A model generated the notes under the pieces. The model worked only from the letters and a program-made list of their open reading frames with translations. It was not told where the DNA came from and made no database searches. Both the position numbers and the translations under genes were made by a program. Positions 1-11,464 of a stretch of 64,000 nucleotides of DNA are shown here, one piece after another; positions within the stretch are counted from its first letter, which is position 1, and each line of letters starts with the position of its first letter. This DNA is from Eledone cirrhosa (taxonomy: Eukaryota): assembly GCA_964016885.1 (NCBI GenBank), contig OZ024763.1:1612001-1676000 (forward strand). The letters are read 5' to 3'.

Positions 1-10
1 CGAAAGTCGA

Positions 11-62
11 ACTTCAACAGCATTCTAATAAATATGTATATACATTTTTTTAAACACCCTGT
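11..62 (-). mobile_element. Partial mariner-type MITE (CAGGGTGT terminus)
   Basis: Reverse complement of 899-949. Ends in CACCCTG followed by TA; same body as the complete copy at 1332-1407. Confidence 0.6.
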
Positions 63-563
63 ATATAACAAAAAAAGAAGGCTATATCCAATTTTAGCTG
101 CCTAAATGCCGCTTACTTGCTGCAGTTGCTGCTTACTTCAATGTATGAGGCTATTCCAACAAATTTACATTCCCCCTTTTTTTAGCCGTTAAAAGAAATA
201 TAGATTTATTTATTTTTATTTTTTTTGCGATTTATTTGCCACTGGGGCATAGATTTCTTTATTTGCCCCTTTTTTGTTTGTTTGTTTGTTTTTTTTTGCG
301 TTTTATTAGCCTTTTGGGGTCACACACGCCCCCGTAGAAAGTGTGCGACCTTTCTGCCAAAGAGCACAGAGAGGGGGGGGTGCTCCCTTCTTCTCTTACC
401 TGTACAAGCCGATATATAGAGATGGCCCACTTACACGGGCCATTATTGCTACTTTCACCCATCTTTCATGGAATTGGCTGGACTGAGTGCCTTTTTCGGG
501 TGAAAGTAGCAATAACTAATTATATATATATATATATTCGCTAAAACAATTTCTGTTCCTTTC

Positions 564-601
<38 letters not shown>

Positions 602-606
<5 letters not shown>

Positions 607-795
607 AACAAGTAAGACCCCGATGGCTGAGCTCAAGCCGTTTCGACGGCTAATTCTGTACAGAATTAGCCGTCGAAACGGCTTGAGCTCAGCCGTCGGG
701 GTCTTACTCGTTCCTATTACCCACTCTGCTACCCTAAGTATTGAGTACTTTGGTGCGTTATGGTCCACCTGGTTCCTTACCACATTTCCTCCGTT
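602..795 (+). mobile_element. Fold-back element family A: 116-bp palindrome plus unique tail, Penelope-pLTR-like
   Basis: Near-perfect palindrome 602-717 plus a 78-bp tail, flanked by (TA)n on both sides. Homologues at 10312-10527 (+) and 41685-41874 (-). Confidence 0.75.
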
Positions 796-898
796 ATATA
801 TATATATAGTTACAACAGTGAGTTGAGTTATACACGCTAACTCATTCAAGCAGTTAATATATTCTAAGAGGAACATAATATTCTTTTTTTGTTATATA

Positions 899-968
899 CA
901 GGGTGTTTAAAAAAATGTATATACATATTTATTAGAATGCTGTTGAAGTGTGTATACATTTTTTAGAC
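899..968 (+). mobile_element. Mariner-type MITE, degenerate right end
   Basis: TA-CAGGGTGT start; body shared with 1332-1407 (tatttattagaatgct...gaagtgtgtata). Confidence 0.6.
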
Positions 969-1144
969 TATATATGTGTGTGTGTATATATGTGTATATA
1001 TATATATATATGTGTGTATATATGTGTGTGTATAAATATATATATATATATATATGTGTGTATATATAAGTATGTGTGTGTATATATATATACAGGGTGT
1101 CTCAAAATGAATTACACGATTTCTTTACAATTTTTACAAATGTT

Positions 1145-1198
<54 letters not shown>

Positions 1199-1331
1199 GT
1201 ATAAGAAGTGTTTAAAAGTTATAGAAAAAACGTATTTAGACATTTATAGTACAATTTACCGTAAGATAATGGTCATTAGATTTTTGATACATACGTATAT
1301 ATATATATCTATATATATATGCATGTATATA

Positions 1332-1404
1332 CGGGGTGTCTCAAATGTATATACACATATTTATTAGAATGCTCTGGAAGTGTGTATAGATTTTTTGGGA
1401 CACC

Positions 1405-1407
<3 letters not shown>
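1332..1407. mobile_element. 76-bp mariner-type MITE
   Basis: TA|CGGGGTGTC...GACACCCTG|TA: terminal inverted repeats with TA target duplication. Another CAGGGTGTCTCAAA terminus lies at about 1093. Confidence 0.7.
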
Positions 1408-1451
<44 letters not shown>

Positions 1452-1619
1452 GAAGAATTTCTTACCTTTTCCAACAAAAAAAAAAATCAGAGGGAAAATG
1501 CCTTGTGAAATAACACTCAATCAATAATAGTAATTAGCTTCTCTTTCTCTCTCACTCTCTCTCTCTCTCACTCTCTCTCACTCTCTCTCTCTCTCACTCT
1601 CTCTACACACACACATTCG

Positions 1620-1667
<48 letters not shown>

Positions 1668-2306
1668 CGTGGCAATTATATAGTATATATATAATTCTTT
1701 ACATACTTTTGAGCTTTGTATATATAGTTTTACCTTTGCCTTATATATATGTATGTATGTATGTATATATATTTATATATATATACACACACACACACAA
1801 ATATAATTTCAGTGAGATCGAATTTCGACAGTGGTCGAAAACAAAGCGAAACGCAATTTCCGAGTTATGCGGGCAAGCGCTCAATGGACTAAAAAAAGAC
1901 CAGAGCAATAAACATAGGTTATAGAGGCCAAACAAACTGAAAACGGCGATCAAGAAGCCATCAGCCATCTAAGCCCAAAAAACGAAGCAAGCTAAACAGG
2001 TCAAACAAAAGACTACCTGAATCTATGGAATGTTATGGTATAATCCAGTAAAGGGTCTCTGCGACACCTAAATCAATTATACTGCCTGCTTCCATATTAA
2101 GCTTTTGGTATAATGATCGAACAAAGTTGCCATTTCGTCAACAGGTATTTTGTTCTTAGCCAGCGAGGGGGATTACGGCAGTAGTAATATGTAGTAGTGA
2201 TAACTCCACGTGTATTACCCTGCAAGGGAGGTAACCCCAGTATTTGGTGGGGAATTCACCATATGTAAAATTAATGCAAGAATTGAAAAAACTGCACAAA
2301 TCGAGG

Positions 2307-2450
2307 TAAAAAAGCACCCAGCACTCACTGTAAATGAGGTTGGTGTTAGGAAGGGCATCCAGCTGTAGAAATCAAGCCAGAATCAGTTCCCGTCCCACCC
2401 TTGCAAGCAGGGAAAAATGCGGATGTAAAATGAAATGAAAATGAAATGAT
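2307..2450 (+). mobile_element. RTE/CORE-SINE 3' tail fragment
   Basis: Near-identical to the 3' part of the SINE at 52306-52652 (aaaaaagcacccagcactcactg...cccttgcaagcaggg...gtaaaatga). Confidence 0.85.
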
Positions 2451-2499
2451 GAAAAAAATATGTACATTGTGTGCATATGTATACAAATATACTTTGGCG

Positions 2500-2685
2500 T
2501 TAAACTCTGCCAGTTGCAGTCTGCACATCAACATAAGATATTTTTCTCCACAAAGTTTGATCACCAACAGCAGCGTTTAAAGAGCAAAGATCAAGTCTAT
2601 TCCAAAGCTTGACATTATCAAGCCATCGTTTTGGTAGCCAGCCTCTGCTTCTCTCACCAGCCAACCTTCCTTCCAGGCTTGTCAT
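2500..2685 (-). pseudogene. Decayed RTE-type ORF C-terminus (older family)
   Basis: Translation LEGRLAGERSRGWLPKRWLDNVKLW...DQTLWR resembles the G-x-R-x-RGRP-x-x-RW-x-D...DR-x-x-WR end of RTE ORFs. A homologous end is at about 35907-35960. Confidence 0.6.
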
Positions 2686-2954
2686 TTTATCAGTCAGATG
2701 TTTCTAGACCCGTTGTGTCATCCCTGCACTATCATATATTTTGGTTTCTAGTAATTCCCTGGGGAATTGGTTGACCAAATGCTTTCCTTAATGAATCGTC
2801 TATGTCACTTCATGAAAGAAAAGTTTTTTGTTTGAAAAAAAAAAGAAAAACCTACAAAAGGAGGATGTAGTTTATGGAACACCCAAATGATTTAGAAGTC
2901 GACCTTAAGTTGGAGCAATAACATGAAGAAAGACATGAACAACACCACATGATT

Positions 2955-2955
<1 letters not shown>

Positions 2956-2985
<30 letters not shown>

Positions 2986-4673
2986 CCGTTTTACGTCCGT
3001 TCTTCCACGCTAGCATGGGTTAGACGGGTTGTCCTGTTGTGGGCAGTGTCTGGTCGGCTGACCATGCCTTGCTCATACAGGAATTGATTTGGCTTGATTT
3101 CTACAGCTGGATGCCCTTCCTAACACCAACCTCATTTACAGTGAGTGCTGGGTGCTTTTTCGTGGCGCCTACACGTCCACTTTACAGTGTGGACTGGGTG
3201 CTTTTTTTGCCGTGGCACCTCCACGACCACCTTGCAGTGAGGGGTGTGGGGGCATATTGTCTATATGCTTCAGCTTGTACCCATGGGAGATCGGGTACTC
3301 TGTATTACTGCGTGACGCCAGAGGTCACGGTCGTGTGTCATCATCGCCTTTGAGAGGTGTAGTTGGGTAAGGTCGGCTTTTATCACCTCATCCCAGGTCT
3401 TCTTGGGTCTCCCCACTCCGCGGTTTCCATCGACTTCTAGTGCTCTACACCTTTTTATGCAGCTGTCATCCTTCATACACATCACATGTCCATACCAACG
3501 CAACCGCCTCTCCTGCACACAGCATTTGATTTCTCTTATGCTCAGTCCCTCTCTCAATTCATTTATGCTTTGTCGTTCGCGTATATTATTATTACACATC
3601 CATCGGAGCATACAGGCTTCGTTTCTCTCTAATCTACGTAAGTCTTCCACCTTCAGCGCCCAGGTCTCACTACCATGCAACATCGCTGTTCGGATACACG
3701 CATCATACAGTCTGCCTTTCATTTTGAGGGAGAAGCCTTTTGCAGCTAGCAGTGGTAGTAGTTCCCTAAACTTCTTCCATCCCGTTCTTACCCTAGTTAT
3801 TGTACTTTCTGAACACCCACCTCCGCTGCTAATTCGGTCACCTAGGTAGCAGAAGCTGTCTACTGTTTCTACAGAGCCCTCCCAGAGATTGGTGGTACTT
3901 GTTTCCTGTGGCTGTTTGCTGCTTGCTGTCCCAGCACAGCTGCTGCATGTGAAGCCTACATTCTTAATTAAGCTTCCTGAGATCCTGCTACATCTCTTGT
4001 GTACCCATTGTTTGAATTTGGGGCAGAGAATGGAGTTCCTACCTACACCTTTTCTACATACTGAGCAAGGCCATTTCCCCGAGGGGATCTGGGTTCTGTT
4101 TTCTCGTCTACTTACAAGGACCTTAGTCTTTGTCATGTTGACTTTGAGACCCTTTCTTTCTAGTCCCTGCTTCCAAGTTTGGAATTTCTTCTCTAGTTCT
4201 ACCATAGATTCAGCTACAAGTGCGAGGTCATCAGCATACAGGAGTTCCCATGGGCATCCGGTCTTAAACTCCTCCGTTATTGCCTGCAGGACTATGATGA
4301 ACAGGAGGGGGCTAAGAACAGAGCCCTGGTGGACCCCAACCTGTACGCTGAATTCCTCGCTATACTCATTGCTAATCCTAACTTTGCTGACTGCTCCGCT
4401 ATACATGGCTTGTACCGCTTTCACAAGCCATTCATCTACTCCTAGTTTTCTAAGAGCCCACCAGATTAGAGCACGTGGAACTCTGTCAAAGGCTTTCTCA
4501 AGGTCGACAAATGCCAGGTAGAGTGGCTTACTTTTAGCTAGGTACTTTTCCTGTAACTGCCTGACAAGGAAGAGGGCATCAGTGGTGCCTCTTCCTGGTA
4601 CAAACCCAAATTGCATCTCGTCTAGTTTCATCCGGTCCCTAATCAACTGTGCTATAACTCTTTCTGTTACTTT
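2956..4673 (-). mobile_element. 5'-truncated RTE-clade non-LTR retrotransposon
   Basis: Open RT ORF, about 290-bp 3' UTR and (GAT)n tail at 2956-2984. Highly similar to 39258-40816. Confidence 0.95.
3270..4673 (-). CDS. RTE reverse transcriptase (partial) with PHD-like finger and C-terminal region
   Basis: Motifs QFGFVPGRGTTD, FVDLEKAFDRV, GVHQGSVLSPLLF, LLYADD, FCYLG, LRWYGHV, GRPKKTW. The first ~15 codons of the predicted ORF come from flanking DNA. Confidence 0.92.
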   Translation of the reverse strand, partial: KVTERVIAQLIRDRMKLDEMQFGFVPGRGTTDALFLVRQLQEKYLAKSKPLYLAFVDLEKAFDRVPRALIWWALRKLGVDEWLVKAVQAMYSGAVSKVRISNEYSEEFSVQVGVHQGSVLSPLLFIIVLQAITEEFKTGCPWELLYADDLALVAESMVELEKKFQTWKQGLERKGLKVNMTKTKVLVSRRENRTQIPSGKWPCSVCRKGVGRNSILCPKFKQWVHKRCSRISGSLIKNVGFTCSSCAGTASSKQPQETSTTNLWEGSVETVDSFCYLGDRISSGGGCSESTITRVRTGWKKFRELLPLLAAKGFSLKMKGRLYDACIRTAMLHGSETWALKVEDLRRLERNEACMLRWMCNNNIRERQSINELREGLSIREIKCCVQERRLRWYGHVMCMKDDSCIKRCRALEVDGNRGVGRPKKTWDEVIKADLTQLHLSKAMMTHDRDLWRHAVIQSTRSPMGTS

Positions 4674-4960
4674 TGTATTGGAAATTTTGAAAGTAGGTTT
4701 ATAAGTATGAATTTTCATAAGATTTTCGTAGTTGTCTCAGTGGACTAATGGTAGGTACTAGAGACGGTGGAGATCTGGTCTTGGGTTTTTATTTTACATC
4801 CCATAGGAAAAAAACTGAAAAGATTTACCGGGAACCCTACTTCCGACCAGGATCGAACTTCAGACCAGGATCACCACTGTCTCTGATTCCTCCAACTAGG
4901 CCACTGAGACACCTACAAAAGTATAATGAAAATTGATAATTATAAACCTACTTTCAAAAT

Positions 4961-5452
4961 GCATGCACACACACGCACGCACAAACGTGCACACAGAAAC
5001 AAGGACAAACGTGCACACGCAAACATGCACATATGAACATGCACACACAAAGATACACAGCCGCATACATAAACACGCATGCACACATGCGCACACAAGC
5101 CTGTACACATATGCACACAATCATGCACTCATGCACATAAGCCTGCACACACAAGCTGGTACACACATGCACACATATAAGCACACATGTACATGCATGC
5201 ACACACATACATGCAAGCATGTACACACATGCAAGCATGTACACACATGCACACATATAAGCACACATGTACACATATGCACACAAGCATGTACACACAT
5301 GCATACAAGAAAGCATGTACACACATGCACACATATAAGTACACATGTACACATATGCACACACGCATGCACACACATGCACACATGTACACATATGCAC
5401 ACATGCATGCACACAAGCATGTACACACATGCACACATGCCTGTACATACAC
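4961..5452. repeat. Degenerate (CA)/(CATG) microsatellite
   Basis: acacatgc, gtacacac and caagcatg units. Confidence 0.9.
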
Positions 5453-5699
5453 AAACTGGTGGTGGGTGTAGAGATATGCAGGAGAAACCTAGAGAAACAA
5501 GAGGGAGGAGGAGGAGAAAATAGAGGGAGGAAGAGTAGGAGAAATAGAGGAATGGAGAGGGGGAGGAGGAAGAGGGGGAATTAGATAATCAGAAAAGTTG
5601 TAATTACATTGAATATTTCTGAATCTAGTTGAATTAATGTCAGTGAGTTAACCCTGGGTATCACACACCCTCATATAACATACACCCCCTTTATAATGG

Positions 5700-8600
5700 A
5701 CAGCATATATATACCCTATATACACACACATACACCATATATACACACACATACAGCATATATACACAACATACAGCATATATACACACACATACAGCAT
5801 ATATACACACACATACACCATATATACACACACATACAGCATATATACACACACATACACCATATATACACACACATACACCATATATACACACACATAC
5901 AGCATATATACACACACATACACCATATATACACACACATACACCATATATATACACACACATACAGCATATACACACACACATACACCATATATACACA
6001 CACATACAGCATATATACACACACATACACCATATATACACAACATACAGCATATATACACACACATACACCATATATACACAACATACAGCATATATAC
6101 ACACACATACACCATATATATACACACACATACACCATATATACACACACATACACCATATATACACAACATACAGCATATATACACACACATACAGCAT
6201 ATATACACACACATACACCATATATACACACACATACAGCATATATACACACACATACACCATATATACACACACATACACCATATATACACACACATAC
6301 AGCATATATACACACACATACACCATATATACACACACATACACCATATATATACACACACATACAGCATATACACACACACATACACCATATATACACA
6401 CACATACAGCATATATACACACACATACACCATATATACACAACATACAGCATATATACACACACATACACCATATATACACAACATACAGCATATATAC
6501 ACACACATACACCATATATATACACACACATACACCATATATACACACACATACACCATATATACACAACATACAGCATATATACACACACATACAGCAT
6601 ATATACACACACATACACCATATATACACACACATACAGCATATATATACACACACATACACCATATATACACACACATACACCATATATACACACACAT
6701 ACAGCATATATACACACACATACACCATATATACACACACATACAGCATATATACACACACATACAGCATATATACACACACATACACCATATATACACA
6801 CACATACACCATATATATACACACACATACAGCATATACACACACACATACACCATATATACACACACATACAGCATATATACACACACATACACCATAT
6901 ATACACAACATACAGCATATATACACACACATACACCATATATACACACACATACAGCATATATACACACACATACAGCATATATACACACACAACAGCA
7001 TATATACACACACATACACCATATATACACACACATACAGCATATATACACACACATACAGCATATATACACAACATACAGCATATATACACACACATAC
7101 AGCATATATACACACACATACAGCATATATACACACACACCATATATACACACACATACACCATATATACACACACATACAGCATATATACACAACATAC
7201 AGCATATATACACACACATACACCATATATACACACACATACAGCATATATACACAACATTACAAGCATATATACACACACATACACCATATATACACAC
7301 AGATACACCATATATACACACACATACACCATATATACACACACATACACCATATATACACACACATACACCATATATACACACACATACAGCATATATA
7401 CACACACATACACCATATATACACACACATACACCATATATATACACACACATACAGCATATACACACACACATACACCATATATACACACACATACAGC
7501 ATATATACACACACATACACCATATATACACAACAACAGCATATATACACACACATACACCATATATACACACACATACAGCATATACACACACACATAC
7601 ACATATATACACACACATACACCATATATACACACACATACAGCATATATACACACACATACAGCATATATACCACACATACACCATATATACACACACA
7701 TACAGCATATATACACACACATACAGCATATATACACACACATACAGCATATATACACACACATACACCATATATACACACACATACAGCATATATACAC
7801 ACACATACAGCATATATACACACACATACAGCATATATACACACACATACAGCATATATACACACACATACACCATATATACACACACATACAGCATATA
7901 TACACAACATACAGCATATATACACACACATACAGCATATATACACACACATACAGCATATATACACACACATACAGCATATATACACACACATACACCA
8001 TATATACACACACATACACCATATATACACACATACAGCATATATACACAACATATATCATATATACACAACATATATCATATATACACAACATACAGCA
8101 TACACACACACATACACCATATATACACACACATACACCATATATACACACACATACAGCATATATACACACACATACACCATATATACACACACATACA
8201 CCATATATACACACACATACACCATATATACACACACATACACCATATATACACACACATACAGCATATACACACACACATACACCATATATACACACAC
8301 ATACACCATATATACACACACATACACCATATATACACACACATACACCATATATACACACACATACAGCATATATACACACACATACAGCATATATAAA
8401 CACACATACAGCATATATACACACACATACACCATATGTACACACACATACACCATATATACACACACATACAGCATATATACACACATACAGCATATAT
8501 ACACAACATATATCATATATACACAACATACAGCATACACACACACATACACCATATATACATAACATACACCATATATACACAACATACATCATATATA

Positions 8601-8940
8601 CACAACATACACCGTATATACACAACATACACCATATATACACAACATACACCATATATACACAACATACACCATATATACATAACATACACCATATATA
8701 CACAACATACATCATATATACACAACATACAGCATATATACACACAACATACACCATATATACACAACATACACCGTATATACACAACATACACCATATA
8801 TATACAGCATATATACACAACATACAGCATATATACACAACATACACCATATATACACAACATACACCATATATACACAACATACACCATATATACACAA
8901 CATACACCATATATACACACACATACACCATATATACACA
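5700..8940. repeat. 21-bp minisatellite ACATACA(G/C)CATATATACACAC, about 150 units
   Basis: 7-aa periodicity in the ORF track. A 20-bp CACAACAT variant dominates after about 8500. Confidence 0.95.
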
Positions 8941-9172
8941 CCCTTTTATAACATATTGCTTACATACACAACATACACCCTTTTATAACATACAGCATAT
9001 ATATACACATACTGCCTATATACACATACACCCTTTTAAAACATACAGCATATATACTCACACACAAACAGTATACATACACATATAACAACATACACAC
9101 AAACATAATACACACACATACACAGATTACAATATACACACATGCAGATTGCAACACACACACACACAATCT

Positions 9173-9291
<119 letters not shown>

Positions 9292-9382
9292 AGAGAGAGA
9301 GAGAGATTACATATATATGCAAACACACACTGTACAAATATACACACATACATGATATATATATAGTTATATATATATATAT

Positions 9383-9602
9383 AAGGATTAGAATACTGGA
9401 GCGTGTTTGAGTCAAACACCCTCTTCGTATATCTTTGCAAGACATTAGTGTATGTACACTCCATATTCTTCAGAGTTTCTGGCTTGTATCTGCCGATATT
9501 ACCTCTTGTTGTTTTGATTGCCCTGATGAGTCCTTAATAGGACGAAACATTGTCGGCTAATAAAAACTTTTGATGTATTAAAGGATTCTTTGTTTTACTC
9601 TC

Positions 9603-9604
<2 letters not shown>
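9383..9604 (+). mobile_element. About 220-bp solo Penelope-pLTR-like element in (TA)n
   Basis: Unique sequence between TA runs, containing a hammerhead motif followed directly by AATAAA. Confidence 0.65.
9517..9561 (+). ncRNA. Minimal type I hammerhead ribozyme
   Basis: ATTGCC-CTGATGA-GTCC(ttaata)GGAC-GAAA-C(att)G-TC-GGCtAAT. Full core, 4-bp stem II, 2-bp stem III, GUC site at 9552-9554. Confidence 0.8.
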
Positions 9605-9634
<30 letters not shown>

Positions 9635-10033
9635 CTGTTATATCATAAACATACATTATATTATCATCTTCATTTAACATCTGTTTATCCTTGCTAACAA
9701 GGGTTGGCTGTGTTGTCACAGACCTGCCAGTATTTAAAGTAGAGTTTCTGATCTCCACATGACCCAGACACCCAACATATAACCCTATTACCCCCCCCCC
9801 CCCCCACTGAGTGTATTTTATCATGGCACCAATGCTAAAGGGATGTTGTCAAGTCTATAACAGAGCTGGAGAATCTGCCTAATTCACTTGTTTGCCAGGT
9901 TTTCTATGCCTGAGGGCTGCTACTTGGTACATTTATCAGGTAGATCACATGCAAAAGTACACATTACATACATATATATATATATATATCAATGATATTA
10001 AATTAAATATCTCTTTGCTTATATACGATATTA

Positions 10034-10209
10034 AACAAATGGAAACTATATTTATAAAACCATATTTATTCCATTATACATATTTCGGGGATACCATATT
10101 AAAAATATGGCATGCCTTCTTCAGATAAAATACAATATATAAACAGTTTTATAAATAATTTTGACGTACCATAAATATTGAGCAACCGTTATGTAGGAAG
10201 CTGGTTTGG
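10034..10209 (-). mobile_element. Hammerhead-bearing element family B
   Basis: Homologous to 43886-44058, 42126-42300 and the fragment at 33221-33273. Confidence 0.75.
10067..10132 (-). ncRNA. Type I hammerhead ribozyme (family B)
   Basis: Minus strand TATTTTAT-CTGAAGA-long stem II-GAAA-TATGTA-TA-ATGGAATA. The first stem II pair is an A-C mismatch. Confidence 0.7.
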
Positions 10210-10311
10210 TATATATTATATCAGTTATAAAATATTTACTTGTTGTAACCCAACAATTTTAAATAAAACTTTTGCATATATCTTTGCTTATATATATATA
10301 TTGAGAGAGAT

Positions 10312-10527
10312 ATAGTAGAAAGTATGACCCCGACAGCAGAGCTCAAGCCGTTTCGACGGCTATTTCTGGACTATAGTCTGGACTGTAGTCCAAAAATAGC
10401 CGTCAAAACGGCTTCAGCTCTGCCGTCAGGGTCTCATACTTTTTCCTATTACCCACTCTACTACCCTAAGTATTGAGTACTCTGGTGCGTTATGGTCCAT
10501 CTGGTTGCTTACCACAACTCCTTTGTT
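10312..10527 (+). mobile_element. Fold-back element family A, diverged copy
   Basis: Same palindrome and tail as 602-795 with a longer centre; ends in (TA)n. Confidence 0.75.
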
Positions 10528-10548
10528 ATATATATATATATATATATA

Positions 10549-10824
10549 TATTGTTATGCATTGGGAGGGTCATGTTGCCAATAAGAAACACACGCACCAG
10601 TTGCTTTCACTCCAATTTATTATAAATTAAATTTATAAATTTAAGAATTTAAAAATTTCCGGTTGGTTGGTTGGTTCCATAACCGGACGGTTGTTCATAT
10701 ATTGTCAAAGTTCTTTCGTCACACATTCTGTGACTGGGGATTCTTTTCTGCAAAGCATAACAATATCGGTTTCAACACACGTTTTCAGATAAAGAATCTT
10801 GCTAAACAAATTCAGAAACGAAAT
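10549..10824. mobile_element. Unclassified (TA)n-embedded repeat with inverted ends
   Basis: 10561-10707 matches 63709-63834 directly; 10751-10822 matches 63641-63711 in inverted orientation. Confidence 0.65.
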
Positions 10825-10871
10825 ATATATATAATATATATATATCTCTCTCTCTATATCTCTCTCAGTAT

Positions 10872-11432
10872 CTAGAATAAGGACGGGTTGGAAGAAGTTT
10901 AGGGAGCTGCTTCCTCTGTTGACGAAGAAGGGTTTCTCCCTGCGTACGAAAGGCCGGTTGTATGATGCCTGTGTGAGGAGCGCGATGCTGCATGGTAGTG
11001 AGACATGGGCTGCAACCGCAGAAGATATGCGACGGCTGGAGAGAAATGAGGCAAGCATGCTCCGTTGGATGTGCAGTGTAAATGTGCGTGAACGACCCAG
11101 CATAAATGTGTTGAGAGAGAAACTGTGTCTGAGAGGGATAGAATGTAGTGTACGGGAGAGGAGACTGAGGTGGTATGGACATGTGATGCGCATGGAGGAT
11201 GACCGATGGGTGAAGAAGTGCCAGGAAATGCCAGTTGAAGGAAGACGTGGTAGAGGTAGACCACGAAAAACATGGGCGGAGGTGGTGAGAACAAACCTCA
11301 GATCATTGAAGCTCACGGGCTCACGGTGGAGATGACGAGGGACCGTGACGAGTGGAGAGATGCTGTGCTGAATAAGACCCGTCCCACCCTTGCAAGCAGG
11401 GAAAAGCGGACGTAAAATGATGATGATGATGA

Positions 11433-11433
<1 letters not shown>
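10872..11433 (+). mobile_element. Short 5'-truncated RTE LINE, second subfamily
   Basis: RIRTGWKKFRELLPLL...LHGSETW...LRWYGHV...RGRPRKTW with a late frameshift, the cccttgcaagcaggg tail and (GAT)n. Confidence 0.9.

Positions 11434-11464
<31 letters not shown>

Noticed and set aside
3403-4521. 148-aa and 210-aa ORFs conserved at 39267-40382
   Set aside because: Antisense shadows of the RT ORF in two near-identical LINE copies.
5648-9088. ORFs of 500-1130 aa rich in C/V/Y/I or H/T/Y
   Set aside because: Translations of a stop-poor 21-bp minisatellite, open in several frames on both strands.
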